A DNA stretch of 64,000 nucleotides from an uncultured Acidimicrobiaceae bacterium (GTDB lineage Bacteria > Actinomycetota > Acidimicrobiia > Acidimicrobiales > RAAP-2): assembly GCA_963700235.1 (NCBI GenBank), contig CAVOWT010000005.1:215057-279056 (forward strand). Direction: 5' to 3'. This document shows positions 29,413-38,519 of the stretch, one piece after another. The notes beneath the pieces were generated by a model. That model did no database searches, was not told the origin of the DNA, and saw nothing but the letters and a program-made list of their open reading frames with translations. Within the stretch, counting starts at the first letter, position 1. Every line of letters begins with the position of its first letter. Both the position numbers and the translations under genes were made by a program.

Positions 29413-29598
29413 TAGGCTTTATGTGGAAGCGCTATTTATGAGGTTGATCTCTCTTCGGCGTCAGCTGGTTAGCGTTTACGGTGCTCCGAACGCTGGGTTG
29501 GTGGGGTATCGGGCTAGGGCAAAGGCGCTCATAGACAATCTGACGATTAGATGAAGACGATCGGGTCAACGGCGGACGTTGCCATACGATGCTGACTC

Positions 29599-30373
29599 AT
29601 GAATCTCTCACGTCGAACCTTGATCAAGGTTCCAGAGATCACAGTTCTGTTCTGGGTGATCAAACTGCTTAGTACCGCCATGGGAGAGGCGACGTCCGAC
29701 TATCTGGTCAATCGCATGAATCCCGTGGTTGCAGTGGGACTGGGGGGTATCGCTCGTGGTCGTGTTGGTCATCCAGTTTCGGGCAGACCGGTATGTGCCC
29801 TGGATCTACTGGCTCACCGTGCTGATGGTTGCCATCACCGGCACCATGGCTGCCGACGTTCTACACATTCAGTTTCACGTGCCCTATGCCGCATCAACGC
29901 CGTTCTTCGCTGTTGTTCTGGCCGTGGTGTTCATCGCCTGGCACCGGACAGAAGGAACGCTTTCCATTCACAGCATCTTCACTCCACGGCGTGAGCTCTT
30001 CTATTGGGCGACCGTCATGGCCACCTTCGCCATGGGAACAGCGCTGGGGGATCTGACAGCAACGACGTTCCACCTTGGCTATCTGGTGTCAGCATTTCTC
30101 TTCGCAGGTCTGATGTTGATCCCCGTCGTTGCCTATTGGGGCTTCGGAGCCGATGAGGTATTCGCCTTTTGGTTCGCCTACGTGCTGACCAGGCCGCTCG
30201 GAGCCTCCATCGCCGACTGGCTCGGAAAGCCCCATCGAGTCGGGGGCCTCGCCCTTGGTGATGGGATCGTTAGCCTTATCTTTGGCGTTCTTATTGCAGG
30301 ATGCGTCGCCTATCTGACGATGTCCCGTGAAGACGTACCTCGGGAAGGTACCGCTACGACCGAGATTGGGTAG
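29599..30373 (+). pseudogene. COG4705-like membrane-anchored protein, one frameshift at a G6 run
   Basis: MNLSRRTLIKVPEITVLFWVIKLLSTAMGEATSDYL..AVGLGG (frame of 29599). After GGGGGG 29742-29747 it continues as VSLVVVLVIQFRADRYVPWIYWLTVLMV.. (ORF 29729..30373), with six or so TMs. Confidence 0.6.
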
Positions 30374-31268
30374 TTCCGACTGTCCCCGATCGCCTCCAAC
30401 TGCCCTGCCCGGCGCCGGGCCAGTCGGATGGTACTGACCTGGCGACAACTCAAGGTCTACACCTATACGCACTTCCGCCCACTGTCTCCAAGCGGTGGGG
30501 CGTTTGAGCCGCTAGGTATCGGATTTGAGTTCGCCTAACCGACGCTGGTACTCGGGGCTTCGGCGAGCATTCCAGAACATCCGCAGGGACGACTCATCGG
30601 CGGTCTCGACATCACTGAATACGTTTTCGGCAACCAAAGTGCGGCGCATCTCTTCGACTGTCGTGGCGTCGATGGCCATGCTTGACCTTCCGTGGGAGGT
30701 TGCTCAATTAGCTTCCGAAGCGGCGTATCCCTCGACTCGAGTTCAATGTAACCGCTTCGTCACCTGTCGTCACCCCGAAGGGGCGACGTGATCGTGAGGC
30801 GACGATGTCACAGTGTGAGTCATGGGTGGCAAGGCGTGAGTCGGATCTATGAAGTGGTGGTCAGGGGAACACTCAAGAGAAGTAAATAGCCCGTGGAGTC
30901 GGGCCTGGTCGACATCGTGGTCGACGAGGTAGCTGGTTTCAGACAGTCAGTCAGTTACCAGCAGGTTGAACTCGACCTAGCCCAGAAGCTGGAGCTTAGA
31001 ACCCGAAACGGTCCTGGGCTCGCCGTGCCGATGTCGATGATGGTGGCGCAGACCCATCGCCAGCCGTGGAGTTCATCGGCGTGCTCGATACACGCCGCCA
31101 CGTCGGGCCTATGGCCTCCACGGGAAAAGGCAAATGCCCACGTCTGAGGCAGCGGTCGCGGCAACTACCCTCGACTCTGGTTGGTTGGACCCCGTTGAGC
31201 CACAGATTCCGCCGTCCGTGGCTCCGGGGCCCAGCCACCTACGTCCAGAAAGGCCCTATGCCGGTCCC

Positions 31269-31487
31269 TTAGACCTTTGGGGCCGTGACCCGCTGAACGG
31301 AGACCAAATCGGCCCGATGACCATCGCACGCCACGACGGTGTGCCACTTACAGGCAGCATCCTGGAACCGCCCCCGCCATCGGAGGGCGTATGGACAATG
31401 TTGGGCATGGCCAGTTCCATCCTCGGCCTGGATCATTCTGAAGCAGTGGGTGCTCTGGCAGGTGAAGGCGTTGGCGTAGTGCTCCAC
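31269..31487 (-). CDS. Hypothetical protein sharing its first ~10 codons and leader with 45798..46070
   Basis: GTG start. MEHYANAFTC.. versus MEHYAEAFTC.. in the paralogous module. The remainder is unrelated and Cys/His-rich. Confidence 0.35.
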   Translation of the reverse strand: MEHYANAFTCQSTHCFRMIQAEDGTGHAQHCPYALRWRGRFQDAACKWHTVVACDGHRADLVSVQRVTAPKV

Positions 31488-31659
31488 GTCGGGAGAGATT
31501 AGGGCGGAGGCGTGACAGGTGTCGCTTGCGGCTTCACGACGCCCGGAGGTCTGAACTGAGGTCGGGCGATTCCGAGCCGCAATCCCGACACTTCAGATTG
31601 ACACCACGGAGGGTTTTCCGCCAGGCGATCTCGCCGCCCATCTTCGCAAGGCACCGCGA

Positions 31660-32769
31660 TCAGCTTGGTGCCGATGGTGCCGATGGTGCCGATGGTGCCG
31701 ATGGTGCCGATGGTGCCGATGGTGCCGATGGTGCCGACCCACCCCGTTCAGCTTGACTGGCGGCCTGGCTCAGAGGAGTCACGAAATGGACTTCGGGAGT
31801 AAGCGCCAGGTCGTCATTCAGGATGCCCGCAAACTGGCAAGTCAAGGGTGGACGTTGGGCAGCGCTCTCGGAGTCGACACCGAAGTCACCTGATGCCTGG
31901 GTACAAGCAGCAATCAGCGAGCTGACGGCCGATGCCGAATCGATGGGCACGTTATAGGCCCCGGTCGTGAAGCTGATGACCTGATCCTCAAATCCATCAA
32001 CCGTGCAGTCCCAATCGGTTTGACCCGAGTAGTAACCCCCGAAGTCGTCGTAGCGCCACGACCCGTTGGCACTCTGACAACCCTGGACTGCCGCTTGGAC
32101 ATTTGAGGGAGGAAAGCTGAGGGCAGCGCTCGGAGTTCCCGGATTGTTGACCGGATCTCCGACGCCACTAACCACGCAGTCGGATGGTGGAGAGGTGCCT
32201 CCAGCCGACTGGATACTTCCACCGGCCGCGTGACACTGGGTTGTCAGTTGATCGGCGACCTCGGTGTTGGCTTGGGAGTAGCTGGCGTTGTCGGCCTGCG
32301 CTTCGCCTTGAAGTCGTGAGACGGCCTGATTGAATTCCGAAGGATCGCTCGATGCGAATTGAAGGGACTCCAGCATGCCGTCACTCTGGGGAACCTCCAG
32401 GTTGAATGTGCCGCCGGATAGGGTGCCGAACCTCTCCAGACCACCATTGAAACTCACACCGATCGAAGATCCGTTCACAACTCCGGAAACGGAGGTGGAC
32501 TTGGTACTGGTGGTTCGGCTCGGCGGTGCACCGGAAAGTGTGACCAAGGTCATCGTGCCATCGAGCATTCCGGCAGTTGGACTCCACTGGATGAGGGCGG
32601 CGCTCTCTGGTCCCGTTGCGACGTAGTCGGATCCAACGGATGGAGATCCTGAATAGAACAGACCGAAGTAGACAGCTATGCCTGCTATGACGGCAGCGGT
32701 CACCCCGAAAATGACTCTGAGCCTCACTTTCGAGGTCCTTCCCGTCCGGGCCCCTCTGGGAAGGTGCAT
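31660..32769 (-). CDS. Membrane-anchored extracytoplasmic protein with C-terminal (SAP)n repeat
   Basis: 369 aa. N-terminal TM VIFGVTAAVIAGIAVYFGLFY, Ser/Gly/Thr-rich ectodomain with paired Cys, and a C-terminus SAPSAPSAPSAPSAPSAPSAPS encoded by a 9-bp tandem repeat. Confidence 0.65.
   Translation of the reverse strand: MHLPRGARTGRTSKVRLRVIFGVTAAVIAGIAVYFGLFYSGSPSVGSDYVATGPESAALIQWSPTAGMLDGTMTLVTLSGAPPSRTTSTKSTSVSGVVNGSSIGVSFNGGLERFGTLSGGTFNLEVPQSDGMLESLQFASSDPSEFNQAVSRLQGEAQADNASYSQANTEVADQLTTQCHAAGGSIQSAGGTSPPSDCVVSGVGDPVNNPGTPSAALSFPPSNVQAAVQGCQSANGSWRYDDFGGYYSGQTDWDCTVDGFEDQVISFTTGAYNVPIDSASAVSSLIAACTQASGDFGVDSESAAQRPPLTCQFAGILNDDLALTPEVHFVTPLSQAASQAERGGSAPSAPSAPSAPSAPSAPSAPSAPS
31667..31738. 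repeat. 9-bp tandem repeat GGTGCCGAT x7 plus one variant unit
   Basis: Perfect units at 31667, 31676, 31685, 31694, 31703, 31712 and 31721. Variant GGTGCCGAC at 31730. In frame within the 3-prime end of CDS 31660..32769. Confidence 0.95.
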
Positions 32770-32815
32770 GCTATCGCGTGTAGTGCTATAGCAAGCAGCC
32801 CGTCACATTGGATTC

Positions 32816-33073
32816 ATGTCTCCGGCTGGCCCGGCCGCCCAACGGTCCCCCATCGATCTCGCGTTCGGGCGGGTGCTGCGATCCTTGCGCCTTGAACGAG
32901 GTCTCTCCCAAGAGGGACTTGGGAATGCGAGCGGCAATGGCCGCACTTACGTCGGCCAGTTGGAGCGGGGAGAACGTGGCGCCTCGCTCAAGACCGTCTT
33001 CGCCCTTTCAAACGTGTTGGACGTAGCGCCGTCCGAAATAGTCCGCAGGGTTGCCAAAGACTTGAAGGGATAG
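32816..33073 (+). CDS. XRE-family helix-turn-helix regulator
   Basis: 85 aa. LRLERGLSQEGLGNASGNGRTYVGQLERGERGASLKTVFALSNVL is a classic Cro/C1-type HTH. Divergent from 31660..32769 with a 46-bp spacer. Confidence 0.8.
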   Translation: MSPAGPAAQRSPIDLAFGRVLRSLRLERGLSQEGLGNASGNGRTYVGQLERGERGASLKTVFALSNVLDVAPSEIVRRVAKDLKG

Positions 33074-33124
33074 CAAAAACCGGTACCACGGACTGCCGGA
33101 CGTCGTCCGGACCGACCGATTGAC

Positions 33125-33340
33125 CTACCTCAGGCGGCCCCGGGGGACCGAGCGACTTGAGGATCGATGGCCCACGAGGGGTGGCCGATGTTGTGGACCT
33201 TGAGAGGAGAAGCCTCCCAGCCGTAGCCACATTCGTCGCATGTCCACGCTACGGAGGACTCCGTGCTGTTCCTGGATCCGGCGGAACGGCGTCTTTGCAT
33301 CACACCGCGGGCAGATCAGGCTCAAACTGCTGGGCTCCAT
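33125..33340 (-). pseudogene. Small zinc-ribbon protein, frameshifted copy of 47733..47915
   Basis: MEPSSLSLICPRCDAKTPFRRIQE.. matches MEPSSVSLVCPRCDEKTPFRRIQD... The second Cys pair (..WTCDECGYGWEASPLKVHNIGHP) is only readable in another frame. Confidence 0.6.
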
Positions 33341-33803
33341 GAGTCGCTACCTCCCAACGTACACATCTCCTGCGATTGTTGTAACCCAGCCTCAGCTCGG
33401 GTCATTCCCATCGCCCGCCAACCAGCTTTCCCGGACCTGGTGGCACCCCAGCGGGTCCGGGTCCAATCGGAGGCCACCCATGACTCCGGCTCCGAGAAGT
33501 GCGCTCGGGCCAGCACCGCTCGTGCAGCCAGGTCCTCCAGGTGCCGGCGGACTGACGTGTGCGGCAGGTCGAGGCGGGCAGCGAAGGTGGCGGTGGTCAT
33601 CATCGTACTCGGTGGCCAATGCCAGTTCGAGCACCCTCCGCCGGATTGGGTGCATCCCGTCGAGGGGCACCTGGGCCAGGAGCGAGCCAGATCTCCCGAT
33701 CCGAGACCCCGAGCACCCTGAGAGCGCACCAGCAGCTGACCCAGCTGCCCCAGGAGCCGGCCGATACCCTCGGGCGGTGGCACCCGGAGGATGGCATCCC
33801 CCT
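33322..33803 (-). pseudogene. C-terminal fragment of a winged-helix protein, truncated by the IS21 element and internally frameshifted
   Basis: Minus-strand pieces ..LDGMHPIRRRVLELALATEY.. and ..MTTATFAARLDLPHTSVRRHLEDLAARAVLAR.. (wHTH-like). The reading frame runs straight into the IS21 terminus at 33804. Confidence 0.4.
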
Positions 33804-33866
33804 TGTGAACGCTCATCCAATCCAGCAGCGCGCGATCGTCGAAAACGACAGCACGTTGGTAGTCGG

Positions 33867-34685
33867 TCAGTCTGCCTGAGTCCTCGTGGGCTTCGCCACT
33901 GATTCGGTGTTCCTGGTGCGGCGGGTCCGGGCCTTCGCGTCGTGGAGCCGGTAGCTCTCGCCCTTGGTCTCGATGATCCGGCAGCGGTGGGTCAGGCGGT
34001 CGAGCGTGGCCCCGGTCAGGCGCTCCGAACCGAGCACCTCCGTCCATGACTCGAAGGGCAGGTTGGTGGTGACGATCATCGAGGTCCGCTCATAGGCGGT
34101 GGCGATGACGTCGAACAGCAGCTCGGCCCCGACCTTGGAGGCGGGCACGTAGCCGAGCTCGTCCAGCACCAGCAGATCGAGCTTGGCCAGGTTGGCCTTC
34201 AGCCGCAGGAAGGTGCGTTCGTCTCGAGCCTCGATGAGCATGGTGACCAGCTCGGTGGCCCGGAAGAAGCGCACCCGATAGCCCTTGGCGCACGCCTCGG
34301 CCGCCAAGGCCGTGGCCAGGTGGGACTTGCCGGTGCCCGGATTCCCCACCAGCAGGAGGTTCTCCCGCTTGTCGATGAACTCGCACCGGGCCAGCTCGGC
34401 CACCAGCACCTTGTTGACGCTCGGCCGGGCGGCGAAGTCGAAGCTCTCCAGGGTCTTCATGGTCGGGAACCGGGCTGCCTTCAGGCGCCGCTCGGCGGAC
34501 CGCTTCTCCCGGTCCAAGAGCTCCAGCTCGCACAGCTGCAGCAGGTAGCTCAGGTGATCGACGTTGTCACGGGCGGCTTGGGCGGCCACCTTCTCGGCCT
34601 CGGCGCCGACGGTGGGCAGGCGCAGGACCTTCAGGTGATGGCGCAAGAGCACCAGGGACTTGGACTCCAGGGACTTCATGGTCAT
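33867..34685 (-). CDS. istB: IS21 helper ATPase IstB
   Basis: 272 aa, Walker A GNPGTGKSH, ..LLVLDELGY.. (Walker B). Overlaps the istA stop. Confidence 0.9.
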   Translation of the reverse strand: MTMKSLESKSLVLLRHHLKVLRLPTVGAEAEKVAAQAARDNVDHLSYLLQLCELELLDREKRSAERRLKAARFPTMKTLESFDFAARPSVNKVLVAELARCEFIDKRENLLLVGNPGTGKSHLATALAAEACAKGYRVRFFRATELVTMLIEARDERTFLRLKANLAKLDLLVLDELGYVPASKVGAELLFDVIATAYERTSMIVTTNLPFESWTEVLGSERLTGATLDRLTHRCRIIETKGESYRLHDAKARTRRTRNTESVAKPTRTQAD

Positions 34686-36187
34686 GCTCCTTGGCTGGTC
34701 AGGGTGCCATAGGCACCGAGGTCGGGGGGTTCGAGGGCAACGGACTTCAAGTGGGGGTGGCCGTCCAGGCTGAACAGGCCGACCGGCCGTTCGGCCCGGT
34801 GGGTGAGGATGAGCGAGACGGCATCGGCACTGGTGGCCCCGATCTCCAGGGCGGCCTCGATGGCCCCGGTCAGCTCACCGAGGGTGGCCCGTTCCATCAG
34901 CCGCAACACCTTGATGAACTCCTTGGTGCCGAGATGACCGAGGTCGGACTCGAGCCGCCGGCGGAGCAGGGCGAAGCACTCGGGCAGATCCCAGTCGGCC
35001 AGCGGTCGGGCGGCATCCAGGGCTCCGGGCTTTCGTTCCAGGAGGGCCAGGTAGTGACGGGGGTCATAGGTGGTGTGCTCCTTGCCCCAGTGGCGGACGT
35101 GGGTGGCCACCAGCTCGGTGCCCGACAGGATCGAGATCCGGCTGATGCCACCCAACACGGTGACCTCGTGATGGGCGACGGCCGTCGGGACGGAGTAGTC
35201 GTTCCGGTCGAAGCGCACGAGGGAGAGGGAGTTCACCCGGCGCTGCTCCACCCGACGGGCCTCGAAGGGCTCGGCCGGGATGGGCAGCATGGCGGCACGA
35301 TCCTCGGCCAGGCGGGCGTGCTTGCCCTCGGGCTTGCCCCGCACGGCGCGGTCGAGATCGGCCCGGCAGGCCGCCGTCAGGTGGGCGTTCAGCTCGTCGA
35401 AGGTGGCAAAGGCCGGGATCGGGACCAAGAAGTTGCGTCGTCCATAGCCGACCAGGTTCTCGACGTGGCCCTTCTCGTTGCCCCGGGCCACCCGGCAGAA
35501 CCGGTGGGTGAAGAGGAAGTGGCTCTCCAGGCGGAGGAACTCCCTGGTCAGTTCCCGCTCGCTCGGGCCCACCACCTTCTTCACGGCGATGGTGGTGTTG
35601 TCATAGGCGCACTTGGTGGGGACGCCGCCGAAGAACTCGAACGCCGAGAGATGGCCCTGCTGGAAGGTCTCGGTGCACTCCCTCGGATAGGCCGAGACGA
35701 AGAAGGCGTCCGAGTAGGGAAGGGTCATCACCGCCAGGGCCGCCTTCACCTGCTCGCCGCCGATCTCGACCGTGGCCTCCCCGAAGTCGAACTGGGCCTC
35801 GCCCGGCGGCTGGTTGAGCGGGACGAAGACCTCGGAGCGCACCCTGCGGTGCTGGCTCACGTATCGGCGGACCTGGACCTCGCTGCCGGAATAGCCGTAT
35901 TCGTCGCGCAGGCGCTCATAGATGCGGCGGGAGGTGTGGCGCTGCTTCTTCGGCGTCTCCGGTTTGGCGTCGGTGGCCAGGATCTCGTCGATGACTCCGA
36001 CGAAGGGGCCCAGCTTGGGACGGGTCCGCTCTTCCTGACGTCGATAGCCGGGGGGTTCGGCGTGCTCGAGCATCTTGTTGAGCGTCCACCAGCCGATGCC
36101 GTAGTCACGACAGATTGACCGCTTGGAGACGCCCTCGACGAGCACCTTGCGCCGGATCTCTGTCCATTGCTCCATGTCGGTGTGCAC
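34682..36187 (-). CDS. istA: IS21 transposase IstA
   Basis: 501 aa, N-terminal HTH (..VSKRSICRDYGIGWWTLNKML..), DDE core (..QFDFGEA..MTLPYSDAFF..YDNTTIAV..). Confidence 0.9.
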   Translation of the reverse strand: MHTDMEQWTEIRRKVLVEGVSKRSICRDYGIGWWTLNKMLEHAEPPGYRRQEERTRPKLGPFVGVIDEILATDAKPETPKKQRHTSRRIYERLRDEYGYSGSEVQVRRYVSQHRRVRSEVFVPLNQPPGEAQFDFGEATVEIGGEQVKAALAVMTLPYSDAFFVSAYPRECTETFQQGHLSAFEFFGGVPTKCAYDNTTIAVKKVVGPSERELTREFLRLESHFLFTHRFCRVARGNEKGHVENLVGYGRRNFLVPIPAFATFDELNAHLTAACRADLDRAVRGKPEGKHARLAEDRAAMLPIPAEPFEARRVEQRRVNSLSLVRFDRNDYSVPTAVAHHEVTVLGGISRISILSGTELVATHVRHWGKEHTTYDPRHYLALLERKPGALDAARPLADWDLPECFALLRRRLESDLGHLGTKEFIKVLRLMERATLGELTGAIEAALEIGATSADAVSLILTHRAERPVGLFSLDGHPHLKSVALEPPDLGAYGTLTSQGA

Positions 36188-36329
36188 CCTTCTCCCATCT
36201 CCTCGGCCAGCCCGTCCGAGAAAGCCTCGGGGAGGGCCGCCGCGAAGGCGGGGATTGTCAGGTGCTGCCGTTTTCGATGATCAAAATCGCATCAGGGGTG
36301 CTGCCGTTTTCGATGAGCGTTTACATTCG

Positions 36330-36545
36330 GTTAAGGCCCTAGCCCCCCCCTCCCCGCCGCCCTGCCTTCCCCGTTTCCGGTGGGGGCCTCGCGCCGTCCG
36401 GCCGCCCGGCGCCTCGTGCCTCGGGGTCCGGGCCGTTGGGGCGCCGGGCGCTCCGTTCCGGTTTGGGGCGTGCCTGGTGGCGGCTGTCCGGGGTTCCGGG
36501 TGTGGGGGTTTTGGGGTCGTCCGCGTGCCGGTCTCCCTCTCTCCC
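36330..36545 (-). repeat. GC-rich junction element, diverged inverted copy (A-prime)
   Basis: The reverse complement shares the head GGGAGAGAGGGAGA, CCAAAACCCCC and the tail GGCGGCCGGACGGCGCGAGG.CCCCACCGGAAACGGGGA.GG..GGCGGGGAGGGG with A1/A2. The middle is diverged. Abuts the IS21 right end. Confidence 0.75.
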
Positions 36546-36790
36546 GTATAAAACTGACAGGGGAGAGAGGGAGACGCGCAGCCAAACGGGCCAAAACCCC
36601 CGCGCCGGAGCGCGCCGGAAGGCCAGAGCCAAGGAGCCCAGACCCCCCGGGACCACGACCGCAACAGGCCGGGGCACCAGGGCGAACGGCCGGAACCCGG
36701 CAGCGGGCCGGGCGGCCGGACGGCGCGAGGGCCCCACCGGAAACGGGGAGGGGCGGGTCGGCGGGGAGGCGGGGAGGGGAGGCTTGCAGA
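36546..36790 (+). repeat. GC-rich junction element, copy A2 (head-to-head with A-prime)
   Basis: About 225 nt near-identical to A1 (one substitution and one 2-nt indel seen). 14-bp perfect stem 36532-36545 / 36561-36574 around the AT-richer linker. Confidence 0.85.
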
Positions 36791-37278
36791 GTTGGTGCCT
36801 TGACCGAGGATATTCGGGCCGTTCATTTGGGCACACGAGGCAATTTCTTCTCCGGAACATTAGGGCCCGTTCCCCCAGCTTCCCTGGTCAGTAGAGAGAA
36901 AGATCGGCAATTGCGTGGAGAGCCGGCAATTGCAGAAGCACTGAGGAGAACCATGACCGCTCACGACCATGAAGATAACGAGAAGCTCGACGACGAACTG
37001 CCCGACCTTCAGGCGCAGAACGAGCTGGACGACTTCGTCCACGGTCACGGGCGATGGGCTTCAGACGGTCAGACTCCCGAAAGTTAGGACAGGCCACCTA
37101 ACGCGAATGTTGTGAGGCTGGTTTTCGCAGTCCAAGAAGCTGGCTGTTTCGCGCTCCAAGCCCGTGCCCCACTTGCTCGTCGAAAGCCGATCATGGGATG
37201 ACCCTCTCCCACCGACCGGCTTCAGCACGAACGATGCAACAATCACAGTTTCGATGGTTTTCCTGTTGATGAATAGAG

Positions 37279-37674
37279 TTGGCGCTACACGAAAGAAACG
37301 GGAGACCAAACGTGAGCGAATCAAGTTCGAACGATTTCGAAGTCTTTAAGAGCTTCGACACCGCTCTTTGGCTTCTCGCAGCTAGGCGTCAGGACACCGG
37401 CGATTCGCCGATGGACAATCAGTGGCTCTGGAACGAGATCCGACGGCTACGGGACGAAGAGGAGGAGCCGATCAGGTACCTGGAATCGATCGGAGCTCTT
37501 GTCGGGGCATTGATCGAGGTGTCGTCGTTCTTTCTGACGGGGTGGGCGAATTCGGCCGGTGAGGATCCGGAAGCAATCATTGCCCTCACGCGTCGTATCT
37601 GCGAAGAGCAGTATACGGACCACGGATCGAGTTCGGAGAGCGATCCGCTGGACTCGCAAGGATGCCCTGGATGA
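37279..37674 (+). CDS. Hypothetical protein
   Basis: 131 aa ORF (alternative GTG near 37312) with plausible helical sequence ..NQWLWNEIRRLRDEEEEPIRYLESIGALVGALIEV... No family recognised. Converges on the CheY gene. Confidence 0.35.
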   Translation: MALHERNGRPNVSESSSNDFEVFKSFDTALWLLAARRQDTGDSPMDNQWLWNEIRRLRDEEEEPIRYLESIGALVGALIEVSSFFLTGWANSAGEDPEAIIALTRRICEEQYTDHGSSSESDPLDSQGCPG

Positions 37675-37680
37675 AGGCCC

Positions 37681-38067
37681 TTAACTCTGATGATGAAGAA
37701 GCCACCTCTCCAAGCCAGTAGCCAGTACGTCGATTCGGAGTGGCTTGAGCAAATGCTGATCTATGCCGGCGTCAACGCAAGTCTGCTGGTCTTCCGATGA
37801 GAGGCTCGCCGTCATCGCTACGATTGTGGGATGTAGGCCGACAGAGTCTTGCGAGCGGATCCGGCGGGTTGCTTCGATCCCATCCATCTCTGGCATCCGA
37901 AGGTCCATCAGGATTACATCGTAAGTCGCTGCACAAGCTGCGACGAGAGCTTCGGAGCCATTGGAAGCTCGATGCGCTGGGTAGCCGAGATGCATCAGCA
38001 TCAGAAGGACGATTTCCTGAGTTATCGGATCGTCTTCGACGACCAAGATTCTTAACCTGGTCGGCAT
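37681..38067 (-). CDS. Single-domain CheY-like response regulator
   Basis: 128 aa with canonical residues: ILVVEDD, DVILMDLRMPEMDG (phospho-acceptor Asp), VAMTAS, LLKP. Confidence 0.85.
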   Translation of the reverse strand: MPTRLRILVVEDDPITQEIVLLMLMHLGYPAHRASNGSEALVAACAATYDVILMDLRMPEMDGIEATRRIRSQDSVGLHPTIVAMTASLSSEDQQTCVDAGIDQHLLKPLRIDVLATGLERWLLHHQS

Positions 38068-38519
38068 TGGTTCGACTTGGCGTGACCGTTCCTGAACCTC
38101 TTGGTCAATTGGCGACCTTGCTGTTGCGCAGCGCTCAAGGGCTGGGGACCAGGTGAGCAGTTCACGACCGATCGACCCACTCTCGCGCGAAACCTGGGTC
38201 GCGTTTGAGGCTGTTGTCCGGTGCGGTCAAGTTCATGGTCGACTGGCTGTCGTTGCAGTCGATCCGCAGGTGTTCGCTGTGACGAATCATTCTGTGCAAC
38301 CTGTTCCCAAAGCTATCTACTGGCGCTGATATGACGTCGACGCATTCAAAGCGACACGACATTCATCGGCGATGCTGCGCCGGTTAGGGAGTAGGGTTCG
38401 CCCTCCTTTTGGAGAGAGTCAGATACCAATTGTGCCTACTGCAACAATGCGGGCACCAACAATGAAGTGGGTCACCCTTCCGGCGGATTTAGTCTGAAGA
38501 CCGCACCTATGCGTTTGAC

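Larger units (their letters stand above)
33804..36325 (-). mobile_element. IS21-family insertion sequence (2522 bp), no target-site duplication
   Basis: Termini TGTGAACGCTCATC (33804) and GATGAGCGTTTACA (ends 36325) are inverted repeats. Subterminal repeats GGTGCTGCCGTTTTCGATGA occur twice at the right end, with one inverted copy ATCGTCGAAAACGACAGCAC at the left. Carries istA-istB. Flanks ATCCCCCT / TTCGGTTA do not match. Confidence 0.85.

Noticed and set aside
27200-29500. Recurrent TTAGG(T) pentamers resembling telomere-type repeats
   Set aside because: The occurrences are dispersed rather than tandem, and they are expected by chance in G+T-rich sequence.
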